A stretch of DNA of 64,000 nt from a virus, in the IMG/VR virus record IMGVR_UViG_3300006893_000001. The stretch is one strand, 5' to 3'. A program made the translations under genes and the position numbers. The notes beneath the pieces were generated by a model. It was not told where the DNA came from. It searched no databases and saw only the letters and a program-made list of their open reading frames with translations. Shown in pieces: positions 31,658 through 40,256 of the stretch. The stretch's first letter is position 1. The number at the start of each line of letters is the position of its first letter.

Positions 31658-31995
31658 GCGGACAATTCAGAATTGCATCACCTGGTCAACCCGGCATCGT
31701 AGAGCCAGTTGTCTCTACAGAGCTGAAGCTTTGCACTAAGTGCTTCACCAACCCACGAGTCAACTACGCAAATTGCAATCATACCTGGTGCCGAGTTTGC
31801 TTGAGCGCCGATGCTAAGGCTCGCCGTCAGGCAGCTGCGACTCCAACTACAACTGAGAATACATCGGCTAATGCTATATTGACTCGTTTAGAAAATGAAT
31901 TAGCAACCGAAGGAACCGACGCTACAGTTTACGAAGTACCAATGCCTACAACGCCGCCGATACGAAAACCAAGGAAGGTAAAAATAGATGAGTGA
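31654..31995 (+). CDS. zinc-finger-like hypothetical protein (113 aa)
   Basis: CTKC...CNHTWCRVC. Confidence 0.55.
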   Translation: MSGQFRIASPGQPGIVEPVVSTELKLCTKCFTNPRVNYANCNHTWCRVCLSADAKARRQAAATPTTTENTSANAILTRLENELATEGTDATVYEVPMPTTPPIRKPRKVKIDE

Positions 31996-32539
31996 AGTTC
32001 TTACAGTCGGGCGAGTAGAAGCTTTAGACAATAATCCGCCATCTCATAGACCAGTGGAGCGACGTATCGTCACAAGTCGCTGCTCCAACAATCCGCGCCG
32101 CTTTTACATTGCTGGCGACCTTCGCAAAGCATCGTTCATTCACGAGTTAGCCGATACACTGGTGAACCTAGGCATGGAACCAACGTATCCGTGGTGGAAT
32201 AATACGGCTATGCGTCAAGGCGCAGCTCTCAAAGACCTCGCAGCTATGGAAGTTCGTGGTGTAACCGAAGCTGATGACTTCATTGGCATTCTGCCTGGAC
32301 GTCGCGGTTCAGCGTCCGAGCTAGGTATGGCCATTGCAGCTCACAAGCTAACTCGCAAGCCGCACCGCATCCTTCTATGGACAGACAACGAAGAGATGCT
32401 TACTAAGCGCACTGAAGAGCTTGATAGCTATAACATCTTCTGGCATGCACCGGGTGTCCGAGTCGCAGTCAGCGATACACCTGTTGCAACAATTCTGTTT
32501 GAACTTTATGGGCGCGAACCCAAAGGATTAGTCCTATGA
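31988..32539 (+). CDS. second nucleoside 2-deoxyribosyltransferase-like protein
   Basis: RRFYIAGDL, GRRGSASELGMAIAA pattern. Confidence 0.45.
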   Translation: MSEVLTVGRVEALDNNPPSHRPVERRIVTSRCSNNPRRFYIAGDLRKASFIHELADTLVNLGMEPTYPWWNNTAMRQGAALKDLAAMEVRGVTEADDFIGILPGRRGSASELGMAIAAHKLTRKPHRILLWTDNEEMLTKRTEELDSYNIFWHAPGVRVAVSDTPVATILFELYGREPKGLVL

Positions 32540-32772
32540 TTCCACATCGTTTAGTTTTAGAAGTCAAAACCAAGATTGAGACAGCCATGTCTCATGGTCG
32601 TCGTGATGGCAATCTGCTCCATGCACTCCGGTTGCTCGACAAAGCTTCGTTAACTGAAGCAGATATTAAGCAAATTCAAAGTGATATTGCCGCAGCTATG
32701 TATGCTGGCATGCACGATTTCAATCTTGATGATTCACTCGGTATTCTTGAGTACATGGGGCAATTGGCGTGA
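32536..32772 (+). CDS. hypothetical protein (78 aa)
   Basis: ORF track. Confidence 0.55.
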   Translation: MIPHRLVLEVKTKIETAMSHGRRDGNLLHALRLLDKASLTEADIKQIQSDIAAAMYAGMHDFNLDDSLGILEYMGQLA

Positions 32773-33299
32773 CTTACAATCCATATCGCGACAAACATTT
32801 CGGAGCACCTGGCGAACGTTGCGTCATTCGTTCGATGCGAGCCAAAGGCTGGTTCTGCGAACATACGTCCATAGCAATGGGCAAGGATGGCCGTGACTTC
32901 GATTTCAGATTTTGGCGTGACCCGGACCGCAAGTGGACTGGTGAGGTTAAGACGCAGGAACGTTATGGTGAGACAGGCAACTTATGGGTCTTATGGGAAA
33001 ATCGTCCAGATGGACAGCGTCGTACGATTCAAACTTGCGTCGCTACGTTTTTCTTTATAGTTTGCAGCGACGGCATATACGGAGTTCGACCCGAGAAGTT
33101 AGCACAGGAGTTAACTACCGCCTATCGTTGTAATGACCCGGCAGTTTGGAAATGGGTCAACGAAGACCTTGAGACCTTGGCCATGTTCACCGGCGAGTGG
33201 TTCCGCAGGGTGGTGAAACCATTCACTGTCCCTGTCTGCGGGTCAAATCCTACCGTTACCCGCCACCTCAAGCTTCTGAATGCCACCTCAAGCTTCTGA
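32769..33299 (+). CDS. possible PD-(D/E)xK nuclease-fold protein, C-terminally truncated by a 20-bp duplication
   Basis: GERCVIRSMRAKGW...DFDF...GEVKT; reading frame is broken by the tandem repeat at 33263. Confidence 0.5.
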   Translation: MTYNPYRDKHFGAPGERCVIRSMRAKGWFCEHTSIAMGKDGRDFDFRFWRDPDRKWTGEVKTQERYGETGNLWVLWENRPDGQRRTIQTCVATFFFIVCSDGIYGVRPEKLAQELTTAYRCNDPAVWKWVNEDLETLAMFTGEWFRRVVKPFTVPVCGSNPTVTRHLKLLNATSSF

Positions 33300-33307
33300 A
33301 TGCCACC
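33263..33307. repeat. tandem duplication of CCACCTCAAGCTTCTGAATG (2.25 copies)
   Basis: Exact 20-nt copies at 33263 and 33283 plus CCACC. Confidence 0.95.
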
Positions 33308-33419
33308 GAACAGGTTCCGTTCGCCAAATATCGGCGTTCTCCTGACAACCTGGACATGAATCTTATCCCACCTGAGTCACGCATCGTCGAGGAGTAAACC
33401 TGCGTCCTAGGTCACTAGA

Positions 33420-33788
33420 ATGCAAATGCGATATACGTCGCATTCTACAGGGTTCCCGAACCTAGCAAAATCCTGGTATGTTATAGGCATGTCTTCAGCA
33501 GCGCAGTGCAAACCAGAACCGGTTACCTTCGATTGGAACGCCCGTTGGTGGTATACCACATTTGCAATCGGATACAAACAAACATCCGAGACACCACGTC
33601 AACCGGACTTCCTTTGTGTCAAGGGTGGTTTCAAACGAGTGCAAGACGCTGTAGAATATCTGGTAAACATTCCAGGTCTCGAAGTGGAGACACTTCGCCA
33701 CGGTCTCACCGTTGTGCAGTTTGCTGGCATGGGACCAAGGTCTGGAGAGTTGTGCTACGTCGATTCACTTAAGAAAGGGAAATCGTAA
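33420..33788 (+). CDS. hypothetical protein (122 aa; start may be 33489)
   Basis: ORF track; first 8 codons overlap the operator, so the internal ATG (MSSAAQ) is plausible. Confidence 0.5.
   Translation: MQMRYTSHSTGFPNLAKSWYVIGMSSAAQCKPEPVTFDWNARWWYTTFAIGYKQTSETPRQPDFLCVKGGFKRVQDAVEYLVNIPGLEVETLRHGLTVVQFAGMGPRSGELCYVDSLKKGKS
33427..33442. promoter_or_regulatory. operator-like inverted repeat TGCGATATACGTCGCA
   Basis: Same motif family; followed by TCTACA-N16-CAAAAT with the geometry seen at 11652. Confidence 0.5.
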
Positions 33789-33912
33789 TGCCAACCGAAG
33801 CGCCGATAGCCGTACTCAGCAACTTCTCATGGCGAGTTAATGCGTCGAGCTCGTAGTATGCACGACCAGTGGAAATGGGAAGTATTGGTTCACGCACCGA
33901 AGGAGTTAGAAA

Positions 33913-34038
33913 ATGTCCAGCGAGAATGCGAAACTCAACAAAGAATGGGGCAAGCACGTCTCGAAGTTCGAGAAGCGCAAAACCTCCAAGAAGCGCCGCG
34001 CAGTTAATAAGAAGGTTGTCAAACATGCAACCAGTTGA
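33913..34038 (+). CDS. small highly basic protein (41 aa)
   Basis: GGAG SD; KFEKRKTSKKRRAVNKKVVKH. Confidence 0.4.
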   Translation: MSSENAKLNKEWGKHVSKFEKRKTSKKRRAVNKKVVKHATS

Positions 34039-34126
34039 CGTAGCCTTCACAATAGGACTGATTGGTACGATAGTTTCGGCTGTTGCGCTTATCATTCTTG
34101 CAATATACGAAAGGAATAAACGATGA
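34025..34126 (+). CDS. single-pass membrane peptide (33 aa)
   Basis: FTIGLIGTIVSAVALIILAIY; ATGA coupling to the GGCT gene. Confidence 0.4.
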   Translation: MQPVDVAFTIGLIGTIVSAVALIILAIYERNKR

Positions 34127-34671
34127 TTAGACTATTCACCTACGGCACACTGATGCGCGGCGAAGGTAACTACCATCGTATGGAAAAGCAAACGTTCCTT
34201 AGTCGTGGCCGCACCGAAGGTCGACTATTCACCAATGAGTCTTATCCATACTTCCGTCCCGGACGGAACCAAGGTACGGTACTTGGTGAAATCTTTGAAA
34301 TTGACGACCAATGCCTCGCAGGTCTAGACTCAATGGAGCTCAATTCTGGGTATACCCGTGAAACGATTTTGGTCGACCTGTACGATGTTGCGGACTGCCG
34401 TGTAATGACGATAGAATGCCAAGTTTACGTTGGACCAGAACGCGTCGAGCAGCAATATCGTCTAATCGAGGACGGTAACTATTCTAAGGACAATGCACGA
34501 GTTCGCGAAGAGCAACGCCTGGACCCAGATGAATGCGAAGGTTGCCAGATAGAACAAGACGATAACATTGAGTGGGCTTGTGCAGCGTGTGGGCAATGCG
34601 GAGATTGCTGTGGAGATAGAGACAATCCGCTCTCATGCGAACACGCTGCTATGGGTTCAAGTTATGGATAG
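34123..34671 (+). CDS. gamma-glutamylcyclotransferase (GGCT/AIG2-like) with Cys-rich C-terminal tail
   Basis: FTYGTLMRGEGN, YPYF, VLGEIFEI; tail CEGCQ...CAACGQCGDCCGD. Confidence 0.75.
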   Translation: MIRLFTYGTLMRGEGNYHRMEKQTFLSRGRTEGRLFTNESYPYFRPGRNQGTVLGEIFEIDDQCLAGLDSMELNSGYTRETILVDLYDVADCRVMTIECQVYVGPERVEQQYRLIEDGNYSKDNARVREEQRLDPDECEGCQIEQDDNIEWACAACGQCGDCCGDRDNPLSCEHAAMGSSYG

Positions 34672-34726
34672 AGCCTACGAAACCATGGTCAAGATGGCGT
34701 ACGGAGCAGCGTTACTGAAAGTTGAT

Positions 34727-35113
34727 TTAGTAGCGAACCTGTGGGCGTGTATTCGAGAGTTGTGCTAACCAAAGTCCCATCAAATCGATAGGTGGTCGTA
34801 GCTGACCATCTGTTTGCATTTCTTCCCAGAGGAAGTACCGCTTATTGCTAGGATGAGGACGTAAGACGCCAGCAAGATTGCCGGAACGAGCAATACCAGT
34901 GAGACGGTTCTTTTGAAGCTGCGAGAGTTTGCCATTGGGCGCCTTCAGTTCTACTGCAAAGTACATGCCGTACGCGAGTACCGAGAGGTCAGGAAGTCCA
35001 GACGAGTAGGCCATTGCATTCGACCAGTACTCGATATGTGTAATCGAGTCCTCACACTGCTTTTTCAAGCTTGCAAGGACTCGACGTCGTAGGTTAGCTT
35101 CGGGTGTGGCCAA
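34727..35113 (-). CDS. VRR-NUC domain nuclease
   Basis: GLPDLSVLAYGMYFAVELKAPNGKLSQLQ; TTG start. Confidence 0.7.
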   Translation of the reverse strand: MATPEANLRRRVLASLKKQCEDSITHIEYWSNAMAYSSGLPDLSVLAYGMYFAVELKAPNGKLSQLQKNRLTGIARSGNLAGVLRPHPSNKRYFLWEEMQTDGQLRPPIDLMGLWLAQLSNTRPQVRY

Positions 35114-35114
35114 T

Positions 35115-35258
35115 TTAGCTTACGCGAGTAAGCTTATAGTTGGCTGTGCCGACGCGGAATGGGGCTGATTCGCCACCAGGTACGCTCAACGCTGCGGCAT
35201 CTGCTGCTAGGACAGGCAGAAGTGCAAGTGCGAGACGTAGTGCCTTCATAAAGTTCAT
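35115..35258 (-). CDS. small secreted protein (47 aa), lysis-cassette accessory candidate
   Basis: GGAGGT SD; signal-like MNFMKALRLALALLPVLAADA. Confidence 0.45.
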   Translation of the reverse strand: MNFMKALRLALALLPVLAADAAALSVPGGESAPFRVGTANYKLTRVS

Positions 35259-35304
35259 ATCATACCTCCATGGAAGATTTGAGCTCGTAGATACGCTTTG
35301 ACGT

Positions 35305-35469
35305 TTACGAGACCATTCCTTTGATAAGACACGTGATTACTGCAACGCCCCATAACCACATACAAACCAACCAGTACTTGTCTGGACGCTTTGTAAATAG
35401 TAACTGCGTCGCTCTGATGAGCATCCAACCAGTTACGAGGAAGCCAAGTATGAGAAGCGCCGCAATCAT
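35305..35469 (-). CDS. two-helix membrane protein (54 aa), lysis-cassette accessory candidate
   Basis: MIAALLILGFLVTGWMLI...WLVCMWLWGVAVITCLI. Confidence 0.45.
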   Translation of the reverse strand: MIAALLILGFLVTGWMLIRATQLLFTKRPDKYWLVCMWLWGVAVITCLIKGMVS

Positions 35470-35521
35470 TAGCAGCCGTCGTTGACGAGTATGTCGAGTT
35501 CCGAAGGGCTATCGTAGTCCA

Positions 35522-35824
35522 TTATGGCTTCTTCGTAGCTGTGATAACAGCTTTAGCGACGAGAGCCGCATCTGCGAGTGCCGCAGCTTTAGCAGCTGCG
35601 TCTGCTTGCGGAGCCTTGCCAAGCACACCAAGAACTGCTCCAGCCACGATACAAGACAATGATACATCCATTGCAACTTGCTTATTTGTAAATATTTGTG
35701 GCACGACATTGGAAAATGCAGGTTGCGCTATAATACCAGCAATGGTCAGAATAGCGCCACCAACTGTAACTTCTACGGAGTGCAGCGCGAGACCAGCCTT
35801 TGATAGAACATCTACGAATTTCAT
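35522..35824 (-). CDS. holin-like membrane protein (100 aa)
   Basis: Two or three hydrophobic helices and an Ala/Lys-rich C-terminus; downstream of the amidase-like gene. Confidence 0.5.
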   Translation of the reverse strand: MKFVDVLSKAGLALHSVEVTVGGAILTIAGIIAQPAFSNVVPQIFTNKQVAMDVSLSCIVAGAVLGVLGKAPQADAAAKAAALADAALVAKAVITATKKP

Positions 35825-35973
35825 TGTTTGTTACGTTCCTTCCAATATGGAGAATCTATGGGTTCGTCTATGTGTGCAATATCCTCACGAGTCTGCTTAG
35901 AATATGTCATTCGGTCAGCCCACGCACGGAACCGCTTTGGCCAATCAGTGAAGATAGCTTGAACGATGTTCAT
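35821..35973 (-). CDS. small hypothetical protein (50 aa)
   Basis: ATGA overlaps on both sides. Confidence 0.4.
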   Translation of the reverse strand: MNIVQAIFTDWPKRFRAWADRMTYSKQTREDIAHIDEPIDSPYWKERNKQ

Positions 35974-36716
35974 GTAGGACTTTTGTCAAGACCCCACATA
36001 TCCTTCGAGATGGAACCATCTATGTCCATCATCTTGATTACGTGAGTTTGAAGGCGAAGCCATCCAGCTGAAGCTTGCATTACATGTTCAGCAGGAATAA
36101 GTCCGCTCAACATGTTTGCATCGCGTTCGTCAAGCGCGGCACAGTCCCAACGGCATTGAGAGTCGCCGGAGTATGCGAAGTATCCGGCAGATGGGATAGA
36201 ATCTTGTCCTTCGTCCTGTGTCTGATACGCTCGTTCGCCGTGAGTTGACAGGTTCCATACAGGTGGATTCTGCAGAATACCAGGGTCTGATGATATTGGA
36301 ATCTGACCTGCGACGTCAATCTTCTTGAGGATAGCGGCTCTGGCGTTGCATCCTGCGTGCATCCAGGCATGAGCTTTCAAGTATGGCCAGGTTCCCCAAG
36401 GGCCAGTGACTGAAGCAGCAACGCCTGTAGCTGGGTCGGTACCCATGCACAGAGCCGCAATTTCGATGTTGGAGCTATGGTCACGTGGGTCGGTGTTGAA
36501 ATGCCACGTGCCATAGCCTGTTGGCGTACCAAGGTCGAAGTTCTTGTAAACAGTGAACAGGGATTTCAGCTTTTCCCAGTCAACCAGTGTAGCACTTGTA
36601 GTGCCGTACAGTTGGTCAGCAAATGCCTTATCAAGAAAGCCGGTTAGGGCGAACTCGATATGATAGTCGCGCATGCGTTTAGGCGAAGTGACGCTCCAGT
36701 GGTCAGTGATTATCAT
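35970..36716 (-). CDS. putative endolysin, Amidase_2/PGRP-like N-acetylmuramoyl-L-alanine amidase
   Basis: IITDHWS, YHIEF, WHFN...SSNIEIAALCMG, STHGE resemble Amidase_2 zinc and substrate motifs; adjacent to the holin-like gene. Confidence 0.45.
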   Translation of the reverse strand: MIITDHWSVTSPKRMRDYHIEFALTGFLDKAFADQLYGTTSATLVDWEKLKSLFTVYKNFDLGTPTGYGTWHFNTDPRDHSSNIEIAALCMGTDPATGVAASVTGPWGTWPYLKAHAWMHAGCNARAAILKKIDVAGQIPISSDPGILQNPPVWNLSTHGERAYQTQDEGQDSIPSAGYFAYSGDSQCRWDCAALDERDANMLSGLIPAEHVMQASAGWLRLQTHVIKMMDIDGSISKDMWGLDKSPT

Positions 36717-36805
36717 GGCTTACGAAATAGCTTTGGACAGCCGACACATTTCCATGTACCGCGCCCAGCACTTGAAACTTTGACGAGCTTATGCTTGTGT
36801 ATCAT
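36713..36805 (-). CDS. very small ORF (30 aa)
   Basis: ATGA coupled; CxxC; low support. Confidence 0.25.
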   Translation of the reverse strand: MIHKHKLVKVSSAGRGTWKCVGCPKLFRKP

Positions 36806-36807
36806 TT

Positions 36808-37029
36808 TTATGCTCCGTCCGCGATGTTAGTTGTTTCGTACGCAATACCTATAAGCGCGGGGTCAACGGCATGAAAGACACGCTTCTTATCGGTTGTAAT
36901 AGCTGCGATGAGACCATGTTCGCAGTACCATGTATCGGGCTCCTCGCCGACGATAAGGCCACTTTGAATCCTTTCGCCTGCGTTATTCTCGATGTTGGCT
37001 TTCAATCGGTCAAATACATTGCAAATCAT
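36808..37029 (-). CDS. hypothetical protein (73 aa)
   Basis: AGGAGAAG SD. Confidence 0.5.
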   Translation of the reverse strand: MICNVFDRLKANIENNAGERIQSGLIVGEEPDTWYCEHGLIAAITTDKKRVFHAVDPALIGIAYETTNIADGA

Positions 37030-37039
37030 ATTTCTTCTC

Positions 37040-37186
37040 CTAGGCTGACGTTGACGTTACAGTTATAGTTTTCACGTCTAATTGAGGCCAAAATAAACTT
37101 TTAAGAGCGGCGCTAATTTCGTCGTTTGAAAGTTGCGTCCCAGTTATTGGTTCCTCCGCGAGGATTGTAATGTGAATTAGTTTCAT
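37040..37186 (-). CDS. small hypothetical protein (48 aa)
   Basis: ATGA coupling with the upstream ORF. Confidence 0.4.
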   Translation of the reverse strand: MKLIHITILAEEPITGTQLSNDEISAALKSLFWPQLDVKTITVTSTSA

Positions 37187-37353
37187 GATTCTCTCACCTT
37201 TACGTTGTAATCGTCGCTAGCGACGATAGCTGGTTGCGTAGCTTTACCTGCGGCGAGAAGTGCCTTGCCAATTTCTAAGCATTGCTCTTTAGTAAGAGAC
37301 GCTTGAAGATAAACGGGGGCTCGCGCTTTCTCTATAAGTATACTCGCGACCAT
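37183..37353 (-). CDS. small hypothetical protein (56 aa)
   Basis: Start trimmed to MVASIL; competes with the overlapping 37289..37693 frame. Confidence 0.35.
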   Translation of the reverse strand: MVASILIEKARAPVYLQASLTKEQCLEIGKALLAAGKATQPAIVASDDYNVKVRES

Positions 37354-37508
37354 CAGTAGTATCTTGAAGTGGGCTGACCGCAATCGTCAAGCGATAATCA
37401 ACATCGCGTTGAGAACCACGAATGGATATACCGTTCATAACTTGTACTTCAACAGTCCACGGATGGCGTCCAGTAGGAGCAATCCATGCTTTGTTGACGC
37501 CTTTATGT

Positions 37509-37823
37509 CTAGGCAATTGAGACAGCCTCCGTGATTGTTCCATCGGGTTGAATGCTGAACGGACCTTTGAGGTCGTAGCTCTTAGCAATATCAGCTTGGA
37601 ACTTCTGGTAGTTAGCGGAAATGTTGTCAAGGTCTGCACAAATAGCTCTTCGCTCCTGCTCCGCCTTGTGTGCGGCGTAGGTGACACGGGCAAGCTTAAC
37701 CTGTGCCTGTTGCTCCGAGGTCACGAGTCCCTCGAGAGTTTTGTATTCGGATGGAGCTAGTTTACGAACTGGCTTTATAACCGGTTCGGTGTTTTGTGCC
37801 TCGGGCATGTTGTTAACAGTCAT
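37509..37823 (-). CDS. hypothetical protein (104 aa), fibre-associated by position
   Basis: ORF track; follows the distal fibre gene. Confidence 0.6.
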   Translation of the reverse strand: MTVNNMPEAQNTEPVIKPVRKLAPSEYKTLEGLVTSEQQAQVKLARVTYAAHKAEQERRAICADLDNISANYQKFQADIAKSYDLKGPFSIQPDGTITEAVSIA

Positions 37824-37840
37824 AGTAGTTTCCTTTCAGT

Positions 37841-39433
37841 TTAGAGTATGCGAATTGCGTCGAGTGTGTACGCGCCGGGGTTAACGACTGAACCACCACC
37901 GGTTGATGTAATGTTGAAAGTGAAGTGAAGCGTCTGTCCACCGACAGCTTGACAGACAAACAGAGCACCGCAAGAAGTACCACCAGAACCACCGCTGCCC
38001 TGAGAGCTTGCAGATTGACTTGTAACTGTACCAGCCGAAAGCGTAATATACGTTGTAACAGAAAGACCAGAGGTATTCCACATTAGACGAACTAGCCATG
38101 TTCCAGGCGGAAGTACAATAGACGTACTTGAAATTGGTCCAGAGCCATGCGAGACGTTAGCTGGCGTACTTCCTTGCACAGGAACCGTATCACCAATTTG
38201 ATTGTTCAAACGAGCGATATTATTGTTTGGCCATACGCCAGTAATAGCGATACCGGCGCCAGCCGTCAATGCTGGAGACGATTGTCCTGTACCGCCGAAG
38301 ACGATAGGAAGCGGAAGACCTGGCGCAAACGAAATCGTGTTATTAGGCCAAGTACCAGTGATGGCAATACCTACGCCGGCTGTCATTCCTGGAGTAGCGG
38401 TTCCAGTACCACCGTCTGCAATCGTGATAGGAGTCGACGGCGCAAAAGTTATAATTTGATTAGGCCATGCACCAGTGATGCTGATACCATAACCAGCAAG
38501 TAGTGACGGCGCGGAGTTACCTGAACCACCGTATAGAACTGGCAGAATGCCGCTGAATGGAATCTTGAATACTAGCGAAGCACCCAAGTAAATATCGAGC
38601 AAGTCACCACCGAACCCGCCAACGCTATTCTGGAATGTAAAGGCTGGATTCGTTGCCGTAGCTGCTGAAACGAGTAGACCACCATTCGCGTTATTGAAGT
38701 CTATTTCACCAGCTGCTGTCTCGTACGCGCCAGTGATTGATACAAAGCCAATATCTGGTGAACCAGGCGATAGATGAACGAAACCGCCGCCCGCTGATAC
38801 AGTGGCAAAACCAGTGAACGCCGGATACGGAGCTTGGTTGATGTAACCAGCAAGCATCTGAGTAACGCCAGAAGGAATCGTAATAGCTGCGACGCCTACA
38901 TAACCAGCATCGACTGTCGGAGTTGAAACTGTAGAAGGTCCTTTGACTTTGAACTGAATCGCAACAACGCGGTTCTGATACATGTACTGCGTTGTATAAA
39001 TGCCAGCGGTGTCAGTGAATGTCAATAGCTCGAGGTTCGTATCTTCCTCGAGGAGTGTCGCTTCCAACAAGTAATAATTCGAACCAGCGCCAGGCGACAC
39101 GAACAAATTCGTTGGGTCTTGGTAATTGTCTAGGAGCGCATCGTTCGAACCGAATTTGAGAACAGTCGTAGCATCAGCCGAAATTCCATGGCTGATTGAA
39201 CCCCATGGAGTGCCATCTTCAGGTAGACCTTTGTACACACGGCCGGCGCCGATGCCAAGGTCGAGAAGATTGTCTGAGCCAGGAATGACTGCTAGGCCTG
39301 CGTAGAATGGAGACGTACCACCACCAAAGGCGTCAAGAATAAAGAGCGCGAGGTCCTTCTGGGCAAACTGTTCTAGCGACAATACGTCGCTATCTGCAAG
39401 TTGCTGTCCGAAGTAGACGGTTTGTCGTAGCAT
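37841..39433 (-). CDS. tail fibre protein with three internal repeats
   Basis: Thrice-repeated GGTG...LTAG.GI.ITG.WPNN.I units (residues about 297-408). Confidence 0.75.
   Translation of the reverse strand: MLRQTVYFGQQLADSDVLSLEQFAQKDLALFILDAFGGGTSPFYAGLAVIPGSDNLLDLGIGAGRVYKGLPEDGTPWGSISHGISADATTVLKFGSNDALLDNYQDPTNLFVSPGAGSNYYLLEATLLEEDTNLELLTFTDTAGIYTTQYMYQNRVVAIQFKVKGPSTVSTPTVDAGYVGVAAITIPSGVTQMLAGYINQAPYPAFTGFATVSAGGGFVHLSPGSPDIGFVSITGAYETAAGEIDFNNANGGLLVSAATATNPAFTFQNSVGGFGGDLLDIYLGASLVFKIPFSGILPVLYGGSGNSAPSLLAGYGISITGAWPNQIITFAPSTPITIADGGTGTATPGMTAGVGIAITGTWPNNTISFAPGLPLPIVFGGTGQSSPALTAGAGIAITGVWPNNNIARLNNQIGDTVPVQGSTPANVSHGSGPISSTSIVLPPGTWLVRLMWNTSGLSVTTYITLSAGTVTSQSASSQGSGGSGGTSCGALFVCQAVGGQTLHFTFNITSTGGGSVVNPGAYTLDAIRIL
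38210..38545. repeat. three tandem in-frame coding repeats (about 35-40 aa each) in the fibre gene
   Basis: ISITGAWPNQIITFAP / IAITGTWPNNTISFAP / IAITGVWPNNNIARL. Confidence 0.8.
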
Positions 39434-39443
39434 TCTTTATTCC

Positions 39444-40121
39444 TTAGACGAACGCAAGCCAGACTCGCTGCCCGTCGGCCTTGACCTGATTGATGAGTGC
39501 CTTGGCAGTGAATGTCGATTCGCCTGCCGGAAGCGGATTGTAAATCGTAATATAGACAGCAGATTTTCCTTGCTGCTGAGCGCCAAGCGCTCCGAATGTT
39601 CCAAGGCCACCGGAGCGACCAAGGCTGATTATGTCGTTAACGTTGCCGTCTTCGACAATTTTGAACGTAAAGCCTACATTCGACAGGGCTGCTGCGATAC
39701 CCGCTCTTGTGGTAGCATTGCCCAGCAAAGCGTTGAGGATTCGAATACGAAAGTGGTCATCAGTTTCACTAGGTAGTCGTGGCAGCGTTCCTCCAAAGAA
39801 GTCAGAGCTTATTTGGTCTAGGTTTATATCGGTTGCAGTCTTGATGCGGGTCTGAAGCTTGACGTATGCGAGCATCGCGTAGAGGGAAGCAAACGGACCG
39901 GCGATAGCATTGAAGACGGAGTACAGTAGACCGCCAACTGCAAACGCTTGGTCTGACGCCCATGAACGCGGAAACAGGCTAAGTAGACGATACGTCCAGT
40001 CGCCTTGGTCATACGTTGGACCTGGAGGTCCAGGCGGCCCTGGAGGAGGAACGAAGGTAGGAGTCGTCGTTGTAGGCGACGAACTGATAACGAAAATATC
40101 AGGTGGAATGAAGAACGACAT
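39444..40121 (-). CDS. tail-associated protein with short PPG run (225 aa)
   Basis: PPPGPPGPPGPT near the N-terminus; sits between fibre genes. Confidence 0.6.
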   Translation of the reverse strand: MSFFIPPDIFVISSSPTTTTPTFVPPPGPPGPPGPTYDQGDWTYRLLSLFPRSWASDQAFAVGGLLYSVFNAIAGPFASLYAMLAYVKLQTRIKTATDINLDQISSDFFGGTLPRLPSETDDHFRIRILNALLGNATTRAGIAAALSNVGFTFKIVEDGNVNDIISLGRSGGLGTFGALGAQQQGKSAVYITIYNPLPAGESTFTAKALINQVKADGQRVWLAFV

Positions 40122-40252
40122 TAGCCAGCCGTAGTTCCAGCGGGAAAAATCTGACCAGTTTCATTCAACGGCGAAGTGCTACCTGACGTATTCGCTACGA
40201 TGAATACGTTGATTTTTTGTGCTACTGTACCAAAAGGAACTTCGTACGTCAT
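40121..40252 (-). CDS. small hypothetical protein (43 aa)
   Basis: TAATG coupling; below track cutoff. Confidence 0.35.
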   Translation of the reverse strand: MTYEVPFGTVAQKINVFIVANTSGSTSPLNETGQIFPAGTTAG

Positions 40253-40256
40253 CTAA

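Noticed and set aside
37289-37693. 134-aa minus-strand ORF overlapping 37509..37823 and 37183..37383
   Set aside because: Its N-terminal half is the alternative frame of the better 104-aa gene. Only its C-terminal part could code, from an internal ATG, and it competes with 37183..37353. This stays unresolved, so I made no call.
38210-38545. Diversity-generating retroelement (template/variable repeat) in the fibre gene
   Set aside because: The repeats are tandem protein-domain repeats inside one gene. No reverse transcriptase is present in the window, and there is no adenine-specific mismatch pattern.
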